Shown here in pieces: positions 61,582-64,000 of a stretch of DNA of 64,000 bases (positions are counted from its first letter, which is position 1; the number at the start of each line of letters is the position of its first letter). Location of the stretch: assembly GCF_000143415.4 (NCBI RefSeq), contig NW_003314348.1, forward strand, positions 435,126 through 499,125, in the 5' to 3' direction. The notes under the pieces are model-generated. The model saw only the letters and a list, made by a program, of their open reading frames with translations. It made no database searches and was not told the DNA's origin. The position numbers were made by a program, and so were the translations under genes. This DNA comes from Selaginella moellendorffii (taxonomy: Eukaryota > Plantae > Lycopodiophyta).

Positions 61582-62171
61582 TATAGGTGATGAGATTTGG
61601 CTCCACTCATTTCTTCATCCTAGTGAAAAGATGTTCTTGACTTGGAGAAAAGTTTCTTTAAATAGAGCACAAAAGAAAAAATCCAACTCTTTGGTTTACC
61701 TTGAGAGCCATGACTAAGTACTCAAGAGTAGCAATAGTTCTTTATAAACTTCAGATAACATAAACACTTGGGAATTGTGCCCTCAATCAACCTTGATCAA
61801 TCCATGCAACACTAAATGATCAAGAAAGAGAGCTAGAGTGAACTAGTTTAAACAATAAAAGACACTTACATGAGGAAGAAAGCAATAGTATACATTTTGG
61901 GATCCCTCTTTAAGACCTACCATGAGTTTTTAGCAAACTTAAAACATGATTTAGATTTGGTGCTTCTCATAGCAAGGTATACCAATAGCTAGCAAGAAAA
62001 AGCACTAACTAAATATAATGATGATACACCTATATACTAGAGAAGCAACTTTAAGATTGCTTCTAATCTACTAGAAATTCCCCTCATAGCTCTTAGTAGG
62101 AAAGAATTAACAATGCCATATTTTTTAGCATGCTTTGTGTTGAAAATTTATATTTGCCATAGCTTCACTCT

Positions 62172-63294
62172 TGTCGCAAATGTGACTTTAGGTATCAAAA
62201 GTTATATGTCGACCAGTCCTTACGGACACTCTTTCTTTACTGTCACGACAGTAGGAGGTTAGTATTATTGGATACGTTATCGGTCTCCACTTGAGTTAGT
62301 TGAGACATTGCTCTTCGCATGTGCATTTAATTATATGAGCATAAGGATGGAATTCCTAAGTGCTATTAATCAAACATACTTGACTTGGTTAGAGAAACTC
62401 ATTCATTAACTTGCACTTGCTAGTGTTGGAAACTCCCGTGATATTGAGCTTGGTCCTTCAATATTGCTAAATGATACCTTATCGTGTTTGCCAAACACCC
62501 TCGCTATCATGCCCTTTGTGTTAATCTCATTTCAGTCCTAATTGCTATTTATAGAAAGCATCTAGATTTGCTCATTTGGCATATCTACGGAATGTAGAGA
62601 TTGTCTTGAACACAATGGTGTTCGTCCCATGTCCAAATTCACATTTTAGTGCCACTCCAAATTTAGTAAGTTTCAAGCTTGTCATAGAGACTAACTCTTA
62701 ATACTAACGGAGGCTTGGGGTGAAAGCCCAAAGTGTGTGTTCCTCAAAGGGGCCTATAGGGGGTTCCAAATGTATAGTAGGGATAATGGGTAGATCGAGC
62801 ATGGCCAACCAACCTAAGGCATAATTTAACTTCCGTTTGCGTGCCTTTCCTTGTTCTACATCCGACTTAGGTCTAAGCCTAAGCTCCATACAATGCTAGC
62901 TGGTGGAATACCCATATCCTCACGTTAGGCCACTAGTATGCTAAAATAGCGCCAAACTCTATTTGGCTCCGTTTTGCGTATTAGTTTTGGCATTGGGATG
63001 CTGGTTGCTCTAAGATTATTCTAAGTCGCTTCGTGCTCCTGTTCCTTCACTTCTCGGGCTATACGCTCGGAAGTCATTCCATGCTCTAGTGCCATTGCTC
63101 CTTGGCTCCATGCTTGGGAGTTTAGCACCGTTCCTTTGTTTAGTGGCCCAAGGCCTTGAAACTCGGGTTCAACACCACTATCCTTTGGACACATGGCATA
63201 TGACACGTGGCACATAGACGTTTTAGGTTCCGCTTCCATGGTTATCCTATGGTAACTCACCATAGGATAAAGGGTAAAAACCACATGCGCTATA
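62172..63294 (+). mobile_element. Family-B solo LTR
   Basis: TG..TA termini, TSD ACTCT, colinear with the reverse complement of 59331-60498. Confidence 0.92.
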
Positions 63295-63325
63295 ACTCTA
63301 AATATATGAAAAGTTTTCATTAAAC

Positions 63326-63508
63326 TATAAGCAACCAAAGAGAATGACTCAATAAATAGTTTATATAGGTTTAAAAATAAAGGAAAAGGACTTATAAACC
63401 AGAGTCCAATCAATTAAAAGTCTTTGGATACATAGGGTTAAATGTCTTTACATTTGAATAGTATTGGGATAAATGACCTTTCAAAAAATTTAAATTCAAG
63501 AATTTATA
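63326..63508 (+). mobile_element. Cassandra solo LTR, AT-eroded
   Basis: TATAAGCAACCAAAG start, residual 5S box, TSD TAAAC/TAAAT. Confidence 0.75.
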
Positions 63509-63979
63509 TAAATCTTATCATATATCTTTAGCCATAGTCACCATGGCATAGACACCATGCCATAACTGTCTAGATTCCTAGTGTAGTCGATTTGGGTGGG
63601 ATAGACTGGTGCCTAGGTCATTACCACAAATATTCTATGTATACTTTATATACTCTTTTAGACTATGTTATGACTGATTGCATTATAAGGATTTTTATGT
63701 TAAAGAACTATACTTATAAATTACATAATTAAACTATAATATTTTAATTTAATAATAGAGTTTTACTTTATAGTTCTTATATGTGTGTGGTTAATCAACA
63801 ACTTTACAAACTCACAATCACTAAGATATAATATAAAAATCACAATGAATTAATCATCAATCAAGCAATCTCACAAGCAAAGCCTATATCACTATTCAAA
63901 TATTTACACTTGTACCTATTGATAAAGATTTAACACCTAGTACCACCAAGGTATAATAGAGGTATACATATACATATAG

Positions 63980-63998
63980 ACACACACACACACACACA
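63980..63998. repeat. (AC)n microsatellite
   Basis: Directly visible. Confidence 0.9.
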
Positions 63999-64000
63999 GA

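Noticed and set aside
60700-62160. Possible decayed copia RNase H (KKQK..S.E.E-like)
   Set aside because: Too degenerate to support without a profile search.
63543-63563. Isolated ATGGCATAG..CATGCCAT palindrome
   Set aside because: 21 bp rather than 22 and far from the element; may be chance or an unrelated relic.

Overview
Repeat-dense plant (probably non-seed or early land plant) genomic DNA with no ordinary host gene. It is a stack of nested retroelements whose insertion order can be read from 5-bp target-site duplications (TSDs). Family A is a non-coding LTR family: three full copies and one solo LTR, with minisatellite-bearing 1.6-1.8 kb LTRs and a tRNA-iMet PBS. Family B is a second LTR family: one full non-coding copy, solo LTRs, and one copy enclosing a decayed chromodomain Ty3/gypsy gag-pol. 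There are also five 5S-rRNA-bearing Cassandra TRIMs or solo LTRs and a truncated L1-type LINE. A 13-kb block (31520-44540) has replaced about 140 bp of one LTR without a TSD; its first 1239 bp are an indel-free inverted copy of the window start. The block carries two divergent spliced genes: an FCP1/NIF-type HAD phosphatase gene with four 47-57-nt phase-1 introns, and a small gene resembling CACTA Tnp1/TnpA. It is also peppered with about 20 copies of a 22-bp palindrome (ATGGCRTGWG-NN-CWCAYGCCAT). The two best candidates for undescribed biology are (i) this palindrome-plus-phosphatase element and (ii) a conserved, covarying structured-RNA domain inside family A (twin tRNA T-arms plus two tRNA-sized four-way junctions). 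All calls are from manual reading; no searches or folding were run.
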